Below the pieces are notes generated by a model. It ran no database searches. It saw only the letters and a list, made by a program, of their open reading frames with translations, and had not been told where the DNA came from. 64,000 nucleotides of DNA from Ruditapes philippinarum (taxonomy: Eukaryota), in contig NW_026865651.1 of the NCBI RefSeq assembly GCF_026571515.1, positions 62,001 to 126,000 on the forward strand. The letters are read 5' to 3'. The position numbers and the translations under genes were made by a program. How positions within the stretch are numbered: the stretch's first letter is position 1; each line of letters begins with the position of its first letter. Shown here piece after piece: positions 13,885 through 26,704 of the stretch.

Positions 13885-14762
13885 CTTTTATGTGGCTCTT
13901 TTCTTTGTTGTTAGAACTTCCGTCTGTCCGTCCGTCTGCATTCAACTTGTCGGAGATCAATGAAACTTCACAGGAGTGATCAATACCATCCCTAGCTGTG
14001 CATATTGCCCACATGTTCCGTTTTGCTACACAAATGGCCGCCAGAGCTATAAATAGAAAAATGTTGTCCGGCATTCACAGGTCAAACTGCTAGTGGGATT
14101 TCAATGAAACTTAACAGAAGTTATCAGTACCATCCCTAGTTGTGCATATGGTCGGCACGTTTCATTTCGCATCACAAAATGGTCACAAAAGCTATAAATA
14201 GAAAAATCTTGTCCGGCTTTCTTAGGTCAAACTGCTACCGGGATTTCAATGAAACTTCACAGGAGTAATCAGTGCCATCCCTCGTTGTGCATAGCGCCGG
14301 CATGTTGAGCTTTACTGCACATAATGGCCACCAGAGCTTTATGTAGAAAAATAGTGTCCGGCTTTCACAGGTCAAACTGCTGGCGAGACTTCAATGAAAC
14401 TTCACAGGAGTGATCAAGTACTATCCCTAGTTGTGCATATCGCCCACACGTTTTGCATGGCTGCACAAAATGGCCACCAGAGCTATAAATAGAAAAATCT
14501 TGTCCGGCTTTCACAGATTAAACTACTGGTTGGATTTTAATGAAAATGCACAGAAGCTATCACTATCACCCCTACTTGTGCATATAGCCGGCACGTTTTG
14601 GTTCGTTGCACAAAATGGCCACTAGAGCTATGAATAGAAAAATGATGTCCGATTTTCAAAGGTCAAACTGCTGGCGGGATTTCGACCAAAAAATCACAGG
14701 AGCGATCAGGACCAAACCTTGTTTTGGGAGACATGCTTTGCGACAAAAACCTCTTCTAGTTT
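13885..14762 (+). mobile_element. HINE-like element with ~145-bp tandem repeats (about 5.5 units)
   Basis: GTCY microsatellite near 13920-13938; aatgaaacttcacaggag-type units near 13959, 14103, 14248, 14393, 14539 and 14684; ends with gggagacatg...cttctagttt. The 5' terminus is degenerate. Confidence 0.65.
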
Positions 14763-14951
14763 CATACTGCATTCGTCAGTGATAAAGGCTTTGTTCATCT
14801 TTACAAATGCGTAAATAAGAGCTTGATTGTAAATTTAACAACTTTATCAAATGAAAGTAAAATAAGAAATAAGATAATGTTAGCGCCTCGTGTATGACAA
14901 ACTGTATTCTGATAGCTAAATTGTGTTTTACCTTGCTTTTCGGTGTTTCAG

Positions 14952-15476
14952 ATAGTCTTAGATATTGTCAACCCGCATTAAATGAAAAGCTTTGTGGTAC
15001 TGATGGCAGAACATACCGCAGTTTGTAAGTGCTTCTGTGACCTTTATTTATTTTGATACAATTCTGTTAAATGTCTCTTGAGTTCAACATGTTCCTAGTC
15101 ATAAAAAAATGCAGTTTGTATGGTCTACTTTCCTAAAAGCGAAGTAACATACACCTGTATTTTCATCTCAGTTAGCCTAAAACCTGATGAGTTTTGTAAA
15201 TTGTTTAAAGTACTGGAGTAAAATAGCTTTATTCTTTGCAATCCATTTCAATTCATGTTTGACTACTGTAACTGAGTTATTTTTGCCTCATGTCCAGACA
15301 AAATTAAAACATGTAAACGGATTGAGCTAGCAATAAAAACGATTTTTTTAATGTTATTTAGAACATGTATTTCATACATTCTATATATATCAATATATAC
15401 TTATTTCAGTTGCGAATACGAAAAGGCGAGATGTACACACACAGATCTTTCCAAATTTGGAGACTGCAATGCTTAA
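14952..15476 (+). pseudogene. Last two exons of a Kazal-type gene, probably decayed
   Basis: Exons 14952-15024 and 15410-15476 splice to ...CQPALNEKLCGTDGRTYRSFCEYEKARCTHTDLSKFGDCNA*, homologous to exons 4-5 of the gene at 44899-53230. The first exon is 73 nt versus 104 and lacks Cys I. No convincing upstream exon was found. Confidence 0.7.
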
Positions 15477-16638
15477 TTTTGAAATACATATTGTTAAGTT
15501 TTAGACATTCAATATAGATAAAAGAAATGCATTTTTTTCTGTTTTGTTGTAATATATGTTCTCATTTAATATGATGATTTTCATAAGTTTGGAAAGATTG
15601 TTTTTCAATTATAATGATAAAGATATATTTTACATAATTAAAAGTTGACCTGAGGTATTTTTGACGTTTACCACATTAAAAACTATTATCTTAAATGGAC
15701 TATTTCATCTTTCAACTTGATAAGACTTTTCTTTTCTGTAACGGAATGTACTGATTGGAAAGCAAACAGTGCAGACCATGTGCTGGAAACACCGGTAGAT
15801 TCAGTCGCCACCTTTAGATTAAAGGTTGCAGGAAGCAGTCATATTATTACGCTTGAAAAGCGATTTCGATTAAACTTGTACATGAGGCACAGTTAAAAGG
15901 AAAACATCTCGAATTCTCCTCAGCATTGACTCAATAACAAAAGATAGCTTGTGTGATATATTTTCAGGATTTTATCTTATAAGATGAGAAGTTTTGCCTG
16001 AAACTGTTCAATAGTATTGTTATTTCTCATAAAATTACGTCTTGAATTCCATTATTCGTAAGTCTCAAAACAATCAATGAGGTTGATCAAAACATATACA
16101 TGTAAAATGAACATTTTAAGCTAGAACAAAGGTAAAGATAATTTGTTTCATAACCAATCAACCGCTTTCTCTCGTTATAGTAATAAAGCACATTTCACAA
16201 GAACCACACAAAATGCTCTAAATACAGTGTTTTCACAAGATAAGAAATAACAGTTAAACTTTCAAATACCTTTTGGTGTACTTATTTGTTAACCAGATTT
16301 ATTTCATTTCGATCGACAACCTTGATACTTTGTATATCTCTTTGTTGTGAAACAATATCTATTTGAAATGAGAAACCATTTATTAGACACCAAACATACT
16401 TTTGAATTTTTAAGCGCGTTTATTGTAAATCGCCAAAAAAGAATGATTAATATTTGCGTTCGAGCATGCCATTCTTACGGGCATTGGCGTTATTCAAAAC
16501 TGCGTTTGTTATGAAAAGATATTGTGGTTGTCTGCGACTTATAAAGACGTGTTTATTGTAATTTCTAGTTACTAGTATACAAAAGTATTTCATAAAGTTC
16601 GCCCATTTGCTATACATTTGATTATTGTCGTGTTCTAG

Positions 16639-16746
16639 ATGTGAACTTGCTGAAGTATTTTGTGCCATGATGTCCACCATGCACACATGTGAAAAAGTAC
16701 ATATGACCCAACAAGAGGTCCTGACGAAGTAAAACATGGTAGTGAA
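16639..16746 (+). pseudogene. Decayed copy of exon 3 of the two-domain Kazal gene
   Basis: Matches 51265-51379 (tgtgaacttgct...gtcctgacgaagtaaaacatggtagtgaa|gtgagt) but carries a 1-nt deletion, GGA>TGA and Cys>Ser. Confidence 0.8.
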
Positions 16747-17906
16747 GTGAGTCCTTTCTGCAAAAAGGCGTGATATATAGTAATAATTATCTCCCCCATG
16801 TATCAAAAATACTCATTTAGTATCAGGATATTTTCTTACCCTGGATATCATCAGCTATTCATTTTGCTCTAAAGCGACCTTATAGATTTAAATAAACAAA
16901 ATAAAGATTTCATATTTTGAAAAAATGCTTAAGGTGTTTGAGCGATTAACTAGTCAATATCTTGACTTAAAAAGTGGATGAATACACGACAGGACATGTT
17001 GTAGCATTCGAATTTTTGACGTTATTGCCGCTAACAGTACTGCAGTCTGCTATGTTGTTCACATCGTTTTCAGTGTTGTTGACGCAGCATGTTTTGATAA
17101 ATGCATTGATATACATTTTTAAATATTTTGGTTTTCCAGAGCAAGATTCTCTGAGGAGAAGATAAGAGTTTGCCAGCCTTAGCTTAACGTATACATTTAT
17201 AGATATTGACACGATAGCTGTAAGGATTTCTTGTATTGTTCAGCAATTCTAGCTTTCTTCCATGGAAGAGTCTAACAATTTAAGTTTTCCATTCCATTTG
17301 ATCTCATGATTTTTCCTCGTCTAAAAAACTAACAGTCATTGATTGTCCCTCGCGTTTGTGCAAATCTTTGCCGCACACTGAAAAAAATGACAAACGAATA
17401 CCGACAAGTTCCAGTGCGTACGTTTATTTACAATTCTAACATTCCTCATGATTTTGTCAATATACACAAAGAAGAAAGAAAACGATGTTAAACTGTCAAA
17501 GAACCATGGTTAGGGACTACATGTTTATGCGTCTGTTCTTTTTTTATACATGTTCTCCCTCCGATAATATAGATTAAGCTTTACAAGATAACAATAATAA
17601 CGCACTTTTATTGATATTTTCCGTTCTAACTATGTTGTCTTTTCATATGATAATAAAATAAAATAAAATATCACTTACAAATACACAACGGGTTTTATCC
17701 TTGTCAATAAAAAATATATATTGCAATTCGTATGCAGCATAATCGTGTCCAATTTCTAACCATCAAAACTCCAAACCGGTGTTAAATAGCCGATAAACAC
17801 CGCTGAAACCGATCTGATTACTAAAAACAAAAACTTTCTGTTCTTATATTGCACGAAAGAAATAGTTTAAATAACAACAACTTATCACTAGCTAATATAA
17901 GTTATA

Positions 17907-18053
17907 NNNNNNNNNNNNNNNNNNNNNNNNNNNNNNNNNNNNNNNNNNNNNNNNNNNNNNNNNNNNNNNNNNNNNNNNNNNNNNNNNNNNNNNNNNNNNN
18001 NNNNNNNNNNNNNNNNNNNNNNNNNNNNNNNNNNNNNNNNNNNNNNNNNNNNN
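17907..18053. other. Assembly gap (N run)
   Basis: Run of N at the homologous position upstream of copy 2. Confidence 0.99.
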
Positions 18054-18170
18054 TTGTCACGTATTATTACAGCAAAATAATTGAATGTTTTATATCATAG
18101 TTTAGTTTCGTTTCCTAAAATCGCGCAATACATTTAACTTCCTTGTAGCCATTTTGAAAACAGCAGCGAA

Positions 18171-21100
18171 ATGGTGAGTTATTATTTTCTTTCTTCCCTT
18201 TTCTCAGCGCTAGGTCATTCTTAGAGATGCTTCTAAAATAAAATCATATGATCAGGTGATTTTTTTCAAACAGAAAACATGTTTTTTAATGAACATTTTG
18301 TCAAAAATCGGTAAATAGAAAAAAGTTGCAAAATTACTTCAAATGAAAACATGATTCTATTAGTTCAAAAACTATGATATCTAAATTTAAAGTTGAGATA
18401 TATTCCGTACTAGTATTTAAAAAAACAACATTTTATGGGGAAGGTAGGGGACAGAAGATATCTATATTTGATTATTGAACTTTCCAGATTGTTTTTGACC
18501 TCGGTAGACATGAACGTTTATATCGCGCGACATACCATCTTATCACAATTTTGTTATTGCGAGTTTCTACTTGTTCTTAACATTCAAAGAAAGAACTGTA
18601 ATATTACCATAACTTCTACGATATTACAACATTTTAGAGTAATATTAAAGACCCGTTATGATTTAAAACTATACCCTAAAAGCTTTCCTATAATTATCCC
18701 AAAACTTTGAATTCATGTTACCCTGCTAAAGCTTACAAATTGTTATTCACACTCACAGGTTATTTACATGTACCTGAACCGCCTTTTTCTTCTGTTATTG
18801 TTTGGCAATTAGTACAGTTGTAGTCAATAAGCATTTGTTATAGAAGTCAAAATAATAGTTAATTCGCATTTGGCTACTATTATGACAAATGATTCCACAT
18901 TCAGTGCTACATTCTTAAGGAAATAAGATTTTTAATGTCTCGAAAACCGTTACATAAACGTTTTAAAACTCATGATAGCATTTCAGAAGATTAATAATTC
19001 ATTTGTTTCGGACTGAGGTACTATGTGCCTGTTTGTCTGTTTCTGTATTAGGTTTCACATGGATATGTGATCCTAACACATTTGTAGTTTATAACATGAA
19101 AATAAGTCAGCATCACAATTTTAGTAAAATAATAAAACTACTTATTTCGATCGGTAAGATATTGTTCATGAAATATTGAATATACTATGCGTTATAACAT
19201 ACTTTTAAATATAACATTTTATTGTATTTTGTGTGATATTATAAAGGGTCTGTTTACTAAATAAAATGTTAATGAAAAGCTGATTTTTGAAACACTCTTG
19301 TATTGTATTCTTTTCGGGTTCTTAAATGTGAACAATTAAATATCGATCAAATTACCTATGCGTTCAATTTGTTTAAAAGTACTCTCAACGGGCAAATACA
19401 AAGGTTTTCAACAGATATATACAACTTCGAGTAGAACTGACTTGTAGCCAAACAAAGACACTGGCATTAATACTATAATGTGTTTTGAAACCAAAAACTA
19501 TGTTTATAAATACTATTTTTGTTTCACTGACAAATCACGTTACTACATATTGATTATCTAAAAGAATTTTTTTCTATGCCATTTTTTTCCAACTTATTTG
19601 TGCGGGATATTACTTACTGTATCGAATTCAAAAATATAAATCAGATTGAAAAATCTTATGCAGAAAAAGAAACAATAACTATTTTTGCATCATTTTGGAG
19701 TTGGTATGTAATTTTTCAAACTTAATGTTTGTATAGGTCATGACTCGACAAAGTATAGTAGGCATTCACTTCACTTTCTATAGACTGATATATCTCATAT
19801 AGTCAAAATGCAGTGATTATGAACAATAACTATCACTTGCATAATTTTTGGGTTATTGTCCTTGTTAATTGCCATGCTTAATTTTGCCCCAGAGGATAGT
19901 TATCACATGTATCCAAAGTTTTGAAACACGGAAAACTTAACCGAAAGTGTGACGACACTGGTGTGAGTAGGATAGTTCTCCCTATGTTAAAACTATAATA
20001 ACCGAGCTAAAAATCATTTTCGAAGAAACGTTATTCTTGTACGGGTGATTTAGGAGTATATACATGTATTTTCATATAAGTTATTTCACTTTGTATCTTT
20101 TTGGCCGAAGGTCATTTAAATACATGTTCAATTCCTGTAAAAAACAGATAAGAAGATTTTTTTCTTGGTCAATTTAGAATAACAAACTGAAATTTTGGAA
20201 TCTCATTGGCTATTTTCAAATAAAATGTAAAGGATAGTTCATACCATTCCATTATAAAACAAGTACAGATGTTGCTGCAATGCAGCAATTAAGAAGCTCC
20301 GCGCGCAAAAAAAAAGCAGCACGCATCCAGGTGTGCCAAAATATTTCAAGAAATCAATACATCTAAAAACATTCAATACCCTAGTTAAATTGTACATGTT
20401 ATGTACAGTACAGTTTAGAACTGATTTGGCAGTATTTTATAACCATTACTAACACAGAAAGGGCTTATTTTGCATTTGTTGACAACTTTTTGGAATTTTC
20501 TTGGATTGTATGTGCAAATTGGAGTATGTAAATTACTTTATTTGTTCACCTCACACTATTTTACTTTTAAATACATTTCCAAATATTTCATAAAAATTAG
20601 CATGAATCTTGAGGCGTGCTGCTTTAAGTACTATTGTACATTATTCCAGATGTTTTGTAAATCATTTAAAGTTGTATAGTTATAGATCTACGTCTCGTAT
20701 GCACTGCCCATGATAAATAGAGGGGCCAGATATTAAATAAAAAAAAACAACAACTTTTACTAATGCCTACCTGGTACAGAAAGTAAATTAATTGATAATT
20801 GATACATGATGATACACCTCTTTCATAAAAAATAATCAGAGTTAATTGATTTAAATTATGATTATTTCTGGGGTGTGTTTCATAAAGTATCGTGAAAACA
20901 TAAGACTAAAATTAGGACTGGAATAAGATTGCACTTAGGAGTGTTTCAAGAATAACTCCTAAGTCTTGCACTTAGGAATAGTCCTAACTTTACTCTTAAG
21001 ACACAATCTTGCTAATGGAGATAAAAAATACTCACTTGTGGAAATGAAATAAGAAATCGTCATGTGAAATAGTGAAGAATGATAGAAAAAAAAAGAATGG

Positions 21101-24100
21101 TGTATAATTGACATTTATACATTATTATTTCTTATTTTTACCTTACTTAATATCATTTATGTTATAATGTAAGGGGACTAATAATGTTTTGATTTTCTTT
21201 TAAAAATATTCTAAAATTGCATAAGGCAGACATGTTTCTTGAAAATATATTCCATATTTTAATAAAACAAAAAAATATCTTCTTAATATTTATGAAATAA
21301 AATAAATTTTGAGTGAATTGTTGTAGGATGAAGCCTTTTTCGAGTTCAAATGTGCAGGAATGTAATAACTAAAGTTGATAGGCCTTAAGTAATTTATTAC
21401 AAAACATTTGAATGATTAAACGTGCATTATTTTACTGTTACGGCTGAAAAAAGATCTATTTCCATGAAAATAGTCAATAAAAACATTTGATCTTTATTAA
21501 GCGCGGAAGTTGTTTTTTCTGACGTCATTTGGTTTATTGACGTCATATCTGACTTCATATTTTATATGCCATGCATATATCGTGTAATAATGCACTTGAC
21601 TGCCTTATCCGTTAATAGGTGTGTTTTGATTTTATGTTAATTAAAAAAATTACTGAATCTTGAACATAGAACATTCGCCAAACTGCCATTTTGATCAGTC
21701 ACAATGTCAGTATGTACAAATACTGGTACAGATTTTCTTTCACTAATGAAATCTATCATTACACTGGTTAGCAAACATGAACATGTTTTTTTTCATAAAA
21801 GTTATATTCACCTTAAAAGTATTTATTTAGGGTTGTATTTACATAACCAAAACTTTTCATAATTCATATTAAATGAGTGTAATAATAACAGTGACAACAA
21901 TTTATTAAATATTACAGGTACTAGATCTAATAACTTTTTCTTCACTTTTTAAGTATATAATTATACATCAGTCAATGAAACAAGAGCTGCAATGATTTTT
22001 AAGCACGTATTTTTGTATTTACAACTTAATACAAAAGTTAGGAGTGCCCTAAGGCACCCATAGAAAAAGTCCTAAGTTTAGTCTTAAAATTGTACTTAAG
22101 ATTTTTCTTGAAACACTGTTTTATCACAGTTTTGCATTTACGACTAAAATAGGTCTTTATGAAACGCATCCCTGATCTAATTTGATTAACTGAATTTGAT
22201 AAATCATAAGAATGTAGTTCTTGGGATGATGTACCTAAATAAATTATCAGTTTCCAACATATAATGACAAATTAATATCTAACTGTCATTAAATTTAAAA
22301 GGGTGTCCTTTTCCTTGACATTGCTTATCTCGTTGGCTTTGTGTCATAATAATGGGCTAAGGTGGTACGTAATACTATGAAGCTTAAATAAGTGATTTGT
22401 ATCATTTGGTTGTGGATATCATTTTAATCAACTTGCGTGTTTTCATCTGTTTATAGGCTGGTAATATTGTAGTTGGTTCTATAGACTTTGGAACAACGTA
22501 CTCAGGATGGGCAGTTATGTTTTCTCATGAATTTGAATCAGAGCCGACGAAAGGATTCGTGAAGCAATGGCATTCGGGAAGCTCAATAATTACAGAAAAA
22601 ACACCTACAGTGGTTCTTATAAAACCTGGCGGAAATGAACTGGAAGCATTTGGTTACGATGCTGAGAACCGTTATAAAGAGCTAATAGAACAGGGAGAAC
22701 ACGAGGGATACTACTACTTTCAGAGATTTAAAATGAAACTTCATAAGGAAATGGGTGATGTAAGGAATATTTTGATTTTGAACGAGTTCCACATGTGCAG
22801 TTATTTGGTTGTAACACATTGCTTGGTTTGATAATCCTGCTTTTACTTATTTCATTTCTGATTATTCACTTAAATTGATTTAAATATAATAAAATGATCA
22901 ACAAAGGAAAGCATCGATCATGGTTCACGATAAGATGTTTCGTTTGTATGTTTTGTCAAGTGTTCTTGCCATTTCTTTTATTATTTTTCTCTTATATCTT
23001 CTCGTCTCAATAAAATGTCCTCCCCTGTAACTTCATCAGCCCTTAAACCCCTGAAGTTTCTTTTTGATTGTTATAATTAATCAATTCGCTCCTTCTTCTT
23101 TATCACCCCACCACTACGATTGGTTGCCTATACCTTATTACTTGGCATTCCTGGGCATCGTTCGAATGTTCCACTATCGTTTACTTTCTAACGAAAGTTT
23201 GAAGTAACGGTGGTGATTCAATTAGCTGCTAAAGATGCGTATTACCCTGTGCGACAGGAAATTGTAGGGGTTGCCTTCCGTTGAATTTGTTTCCAAAATT
23301 GATATTAACCACAAATATAACATATGTTTAAATTTCCTTTACATTAATTTTTCATATTTTCCATTCAGAAAATCGACTTGAACATGACGTTGAAGGATGA
23401 AATGGGACAGACTCTACCTGCAATTAATGTTTTTGCTATGGCAATAGAATACCTTGTAAATGATATGCATGATGTAACCAAAGACAGAATATCCGGAGTA
23501 ATTCAGAAGTCTGAGGTTCATTGGGTTATCACTGTTCCGGCAATTTGGACAGACTCAGCAAAACAGTTTATGAGAAAAGCTGGCGAACAGGTTAGTTATG
23601 TTTATATTCATTGATTTGTTCCATTTAAAACTTTATTGTTTAGTGTTAATTTCGATATTACTGCTGACAATTTCATCAACTTACAATGTTTCTTCAGGCT
23701 GGAATAGATGAACGCAAATTAAGTATCGCCCTTGAACCAGAAGCGGCCTCCATTTTCTGTCGCCATTTGCCAGTTGAAAAAAGAATCGACACTTCAAATG
23801 TATGCATTGCTTCCTTCCCAGCTGGAACGAAATACATGGTGCTAGATGCTGGAGGTATATATTTATCGATCTGATAACATGAATACATGGGGATATTCTC
23901 AGTCCATTAAACATGTAGATAAGGAATCTTATATCTTTTGTTATCTACTGTTTTGCTATTCTTTGAGAGTAAAATAATGGAAAAAGAAGCTGGACTTCTA
24001 CAGTGCTTTTCGTTTGGTTCGGCTGTATACATTTTGAAAGTCACTCTAAAATGAGTTTTAGTTTCGGACTTGTTTTCAGTTGCGCGGTCTAATTTAATCC

Positions 24101-26704
24101 CAAAATATCATGTTCGTCCTGATTGTGACGAATATAATAAACACTAATCATTTATGTATTTATCATTTCACTTTTCAAATAACATGGTAACTATTCATAG
24201 ATGTTTTCAGATAATAAATTTTCAATGACATATGGGGAATTACCCCATTAATTTGTGATTTTCTATGACCTATAAATACTTGTATATTGCGTTAATGTGA
24301 TATTAAATTTCCACAGTAAAAGATTACATACTGATACCTTTCATCAAATACATGGCATTTAGAAACACATAGCACTGATATGTACAATACAGTTATTAAA
24401 AAACAAAACACTTTAAATGGTCATTATTATCAATGAACTGCAAATACCTTGGGGTAAAATTCGGTCATTTAATGCTTATGTCTCCGTGTAGGAACATTAT
24501 CCTATTTTTTGCTTTTAGTAAGTTTTGTACCCCTTCGTAGTAAACCTAACACTAATTTTGAAGATAGATATGTATGAATTGATTTTTATTAATAGATCTA
24601 GAGTTGTTGGACCTATGCCCGGCCCAAAATCGTGGTAAATGTTCCGAAAAAGCAACAATTGATAATGTATTTATTGAAAGTAAATGCTTCTGTCCAATAG
24701 TTTTATATCCAATTATTCGTTAAGAACGAAAATGACCTTTATAGTATCTGCGGTAAATGAGTGCGGTTAAGTTCTAACTAAACGAATGCTCGGTGCAACG
24801 TTGGCTATATATTTTGACTTTGTGTTGTTAAAAATGTCTTTTGTTAATTTTGTAAAAGTCGAAACCGAATACAAATGGACAAGATTTTAACATTTTTTTA
24901 ATTTTTTTTATTATTAATAATCTAAATCCGTCTATGCCTGTGCTTATCAAGAAGGCAAAATGTGGCTATTTTATCTGCTAAACATACAGTTACTCCCCTT
25001 TTGTCTGGTCTGATGCGATAGGGTTACGTGACCATATTGGAGGTTAAATTACCTAATAAAAGTTTGATAAAGCTAAAGTATATAGCTTTTTAGTGTTATG
25101 CTTTTATTTCGTAAGATATTCGTTAAATCATGATGTTTGCACCGAGCACTGGTCTACGTTGAGCGTTGATCCAACCACTCTACGGATTTCAAATATTGTA
25201 CAGTGACACCTTATGACCAAGCATAAAATTACAATAAGGAAATTAAAATAGAACTGAACTGTAAATAAATACTGGGCTATTTCTTAACCAAAACGTTTCT
25301 TTAGACAAACAAAAATTATTGTAGACTCTCAAAATTTTGAGTAAATCAAACTATATTAAGTTTTTTTAAAGTGATACAAAATTGTACTTGAAGAAGATTA
25401 TGATGGTAATTCAGGCCTTATCACTGTCAGATTTTGCTTCTATAAAAAGATATTTATAATAAATACACAGGACATAATTCAATCTATTGACAAAATAAAA
25501 GAAAAGGTTACATATCTACATAAACTATTCATTTTAAGGTATAGATATAACGACCCCCTTTGGTTCCTCGGTTTAACTTTGAGGTCGATAAAAAAATAAG
25601 GTAGATAAGTCTAAAATGCGAATGATTAAGTATATTTTATTTTACAGGTGGTACAATAGATATTACAGTCCATGAAGTCCAACCTAACGGTTCTGTTAAA
25701 GAAATAGAAGCTGCAAGCGGTGGTGGCTGGGGCGGAACTCTTGTAGACCAGGCGTTTGAAGAGCTGATCATTGACATAGTAGGAAAAAAGGTTTATCAAG
25801 ATTTCAAAAGGAAAAGCCAGAAGATTGGTTGGACCTTTGGCGCGATTTCGAAATGAAGAAGAGAACAATCCAGCCTAAAAAAGAGACAAAAGTTGTCATG
25901 AGAATACCCGAATCTCTGCGTAAAAAGTATAAACGACAAAGCACAAAAACCTTCACAAATGCTGTTGAAACATCTTCATATGCTGACAATATTACATCTG
26001 TGGCTGACAAGATAAAGTTTGACCCATTTTTATTTAAAAAACTATTTGATGGTTCGTTGACGAAAACAATACAACATACAGAAAGTCTTATCAAAAAGCT
26101 AACTGTTCAACAGATCAAAGCCATTTTAATGGTGGGAGGTTTTTCTGAGTCCCCTATGCTTCAAGAGAGGGTTAAATCCTGCTTTCGTGGCATTGATGTC
26201 ATCATACCTGCAGAAGCGTCCTCCTCGATATTGAGAGGAGCGCTTATTTTTGGACATAGTCCAACTTCGATCTCTGAGAGAGTTCTGAGGTATACATATG
26301 GTATAAGTATCTATACTCCATTCATAACAGGCAAACATCCAGAAAGCAAGCGTGAAAATACTGATTCTGGACCTCAGTGCAGGGACGTGTTTAACAAGCA
26401 TGTTGAGAGAAATCAAAATGTCAAAGTAGGAGAGCCACAGGTTGTAAAATCTTACTCACCTGTCAACAAAAATCAGAAAATCATTCCTTTTTCCATATAT
26501 GCGTCTGACATGAAAGATCCCGAATATACAGATGTTGGTTGCAAATTCGTCGGGGAAATGCAAATAGAGCTCCAAGACCGCAAAATAGATGTGTCGCGTA
26601 AAGTTGAAGTAAGCCTTACATTTAGTGGTACAGAAATTGAGGTGAAAGCGAAAGATGTAAAAACAGGGAAATATGAAAAAGCATCGATTAATTTCCTGGG
26701 GTAA
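18171..26704 (+). pseudogene. HSPA12: HSPA12-like copy 2, frameshifted in exon 5 (pseudogene, null allele or sequence error)
   Basis: Exons 18171-18173, 22457-22759, 23369-23590, 23698-23854, 25648-26704. Exon 5 is 1057 nt versus 1058 in copies 1 and 3: one nt is missing at the A-run 25806-25809, giving TGA at 25854-25856. The rest of the reading frame and all splice sites look intact. Gene identity is secure; pseudogene status is not. Confidence 0.75.
20871..22171. mobile_element. Non-autonomous PIF/Harbinger-like DNA transposon in intron 1 of HSPA12 copy 2
   Basis: 17-bp TIRs (GGGTGTGTTTCATAAAG / CTTTATGAAACGCATCC, 15/17), 3-bp CTG target duplication, subterminal ttagga/tcctaa repeats. The empty site with a single CTG is visible in copy 1 (~3382) and copy 3 (~34796). 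Confidence 0.8.

Noticed and set aside
13958-14700. Regularly spaced repeats that could suggest a CRISPR array
   Set aside because: Whole units are homologous with no unique spacers; the context is eukaryotic and there are no cas genes.
16967-17330. Minus-strand Asn-rich ORF, possibly a retroelement fragment
   Set aside because: Short, interrupted, and no motif I can identify with confidence.
25784-25790. A_AAA_AAG heptamer in frame just upstream of the copy-2 frameshift; a -1 slip there would restore the frame without a stop
   Set aside because: This heptamer is mainly efficient in bacteria, no stimulatory structure is evident, and the zero frame still matches the paralogs up to the A-run. 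A simple 1-nt deletion or error is more parsimonious.
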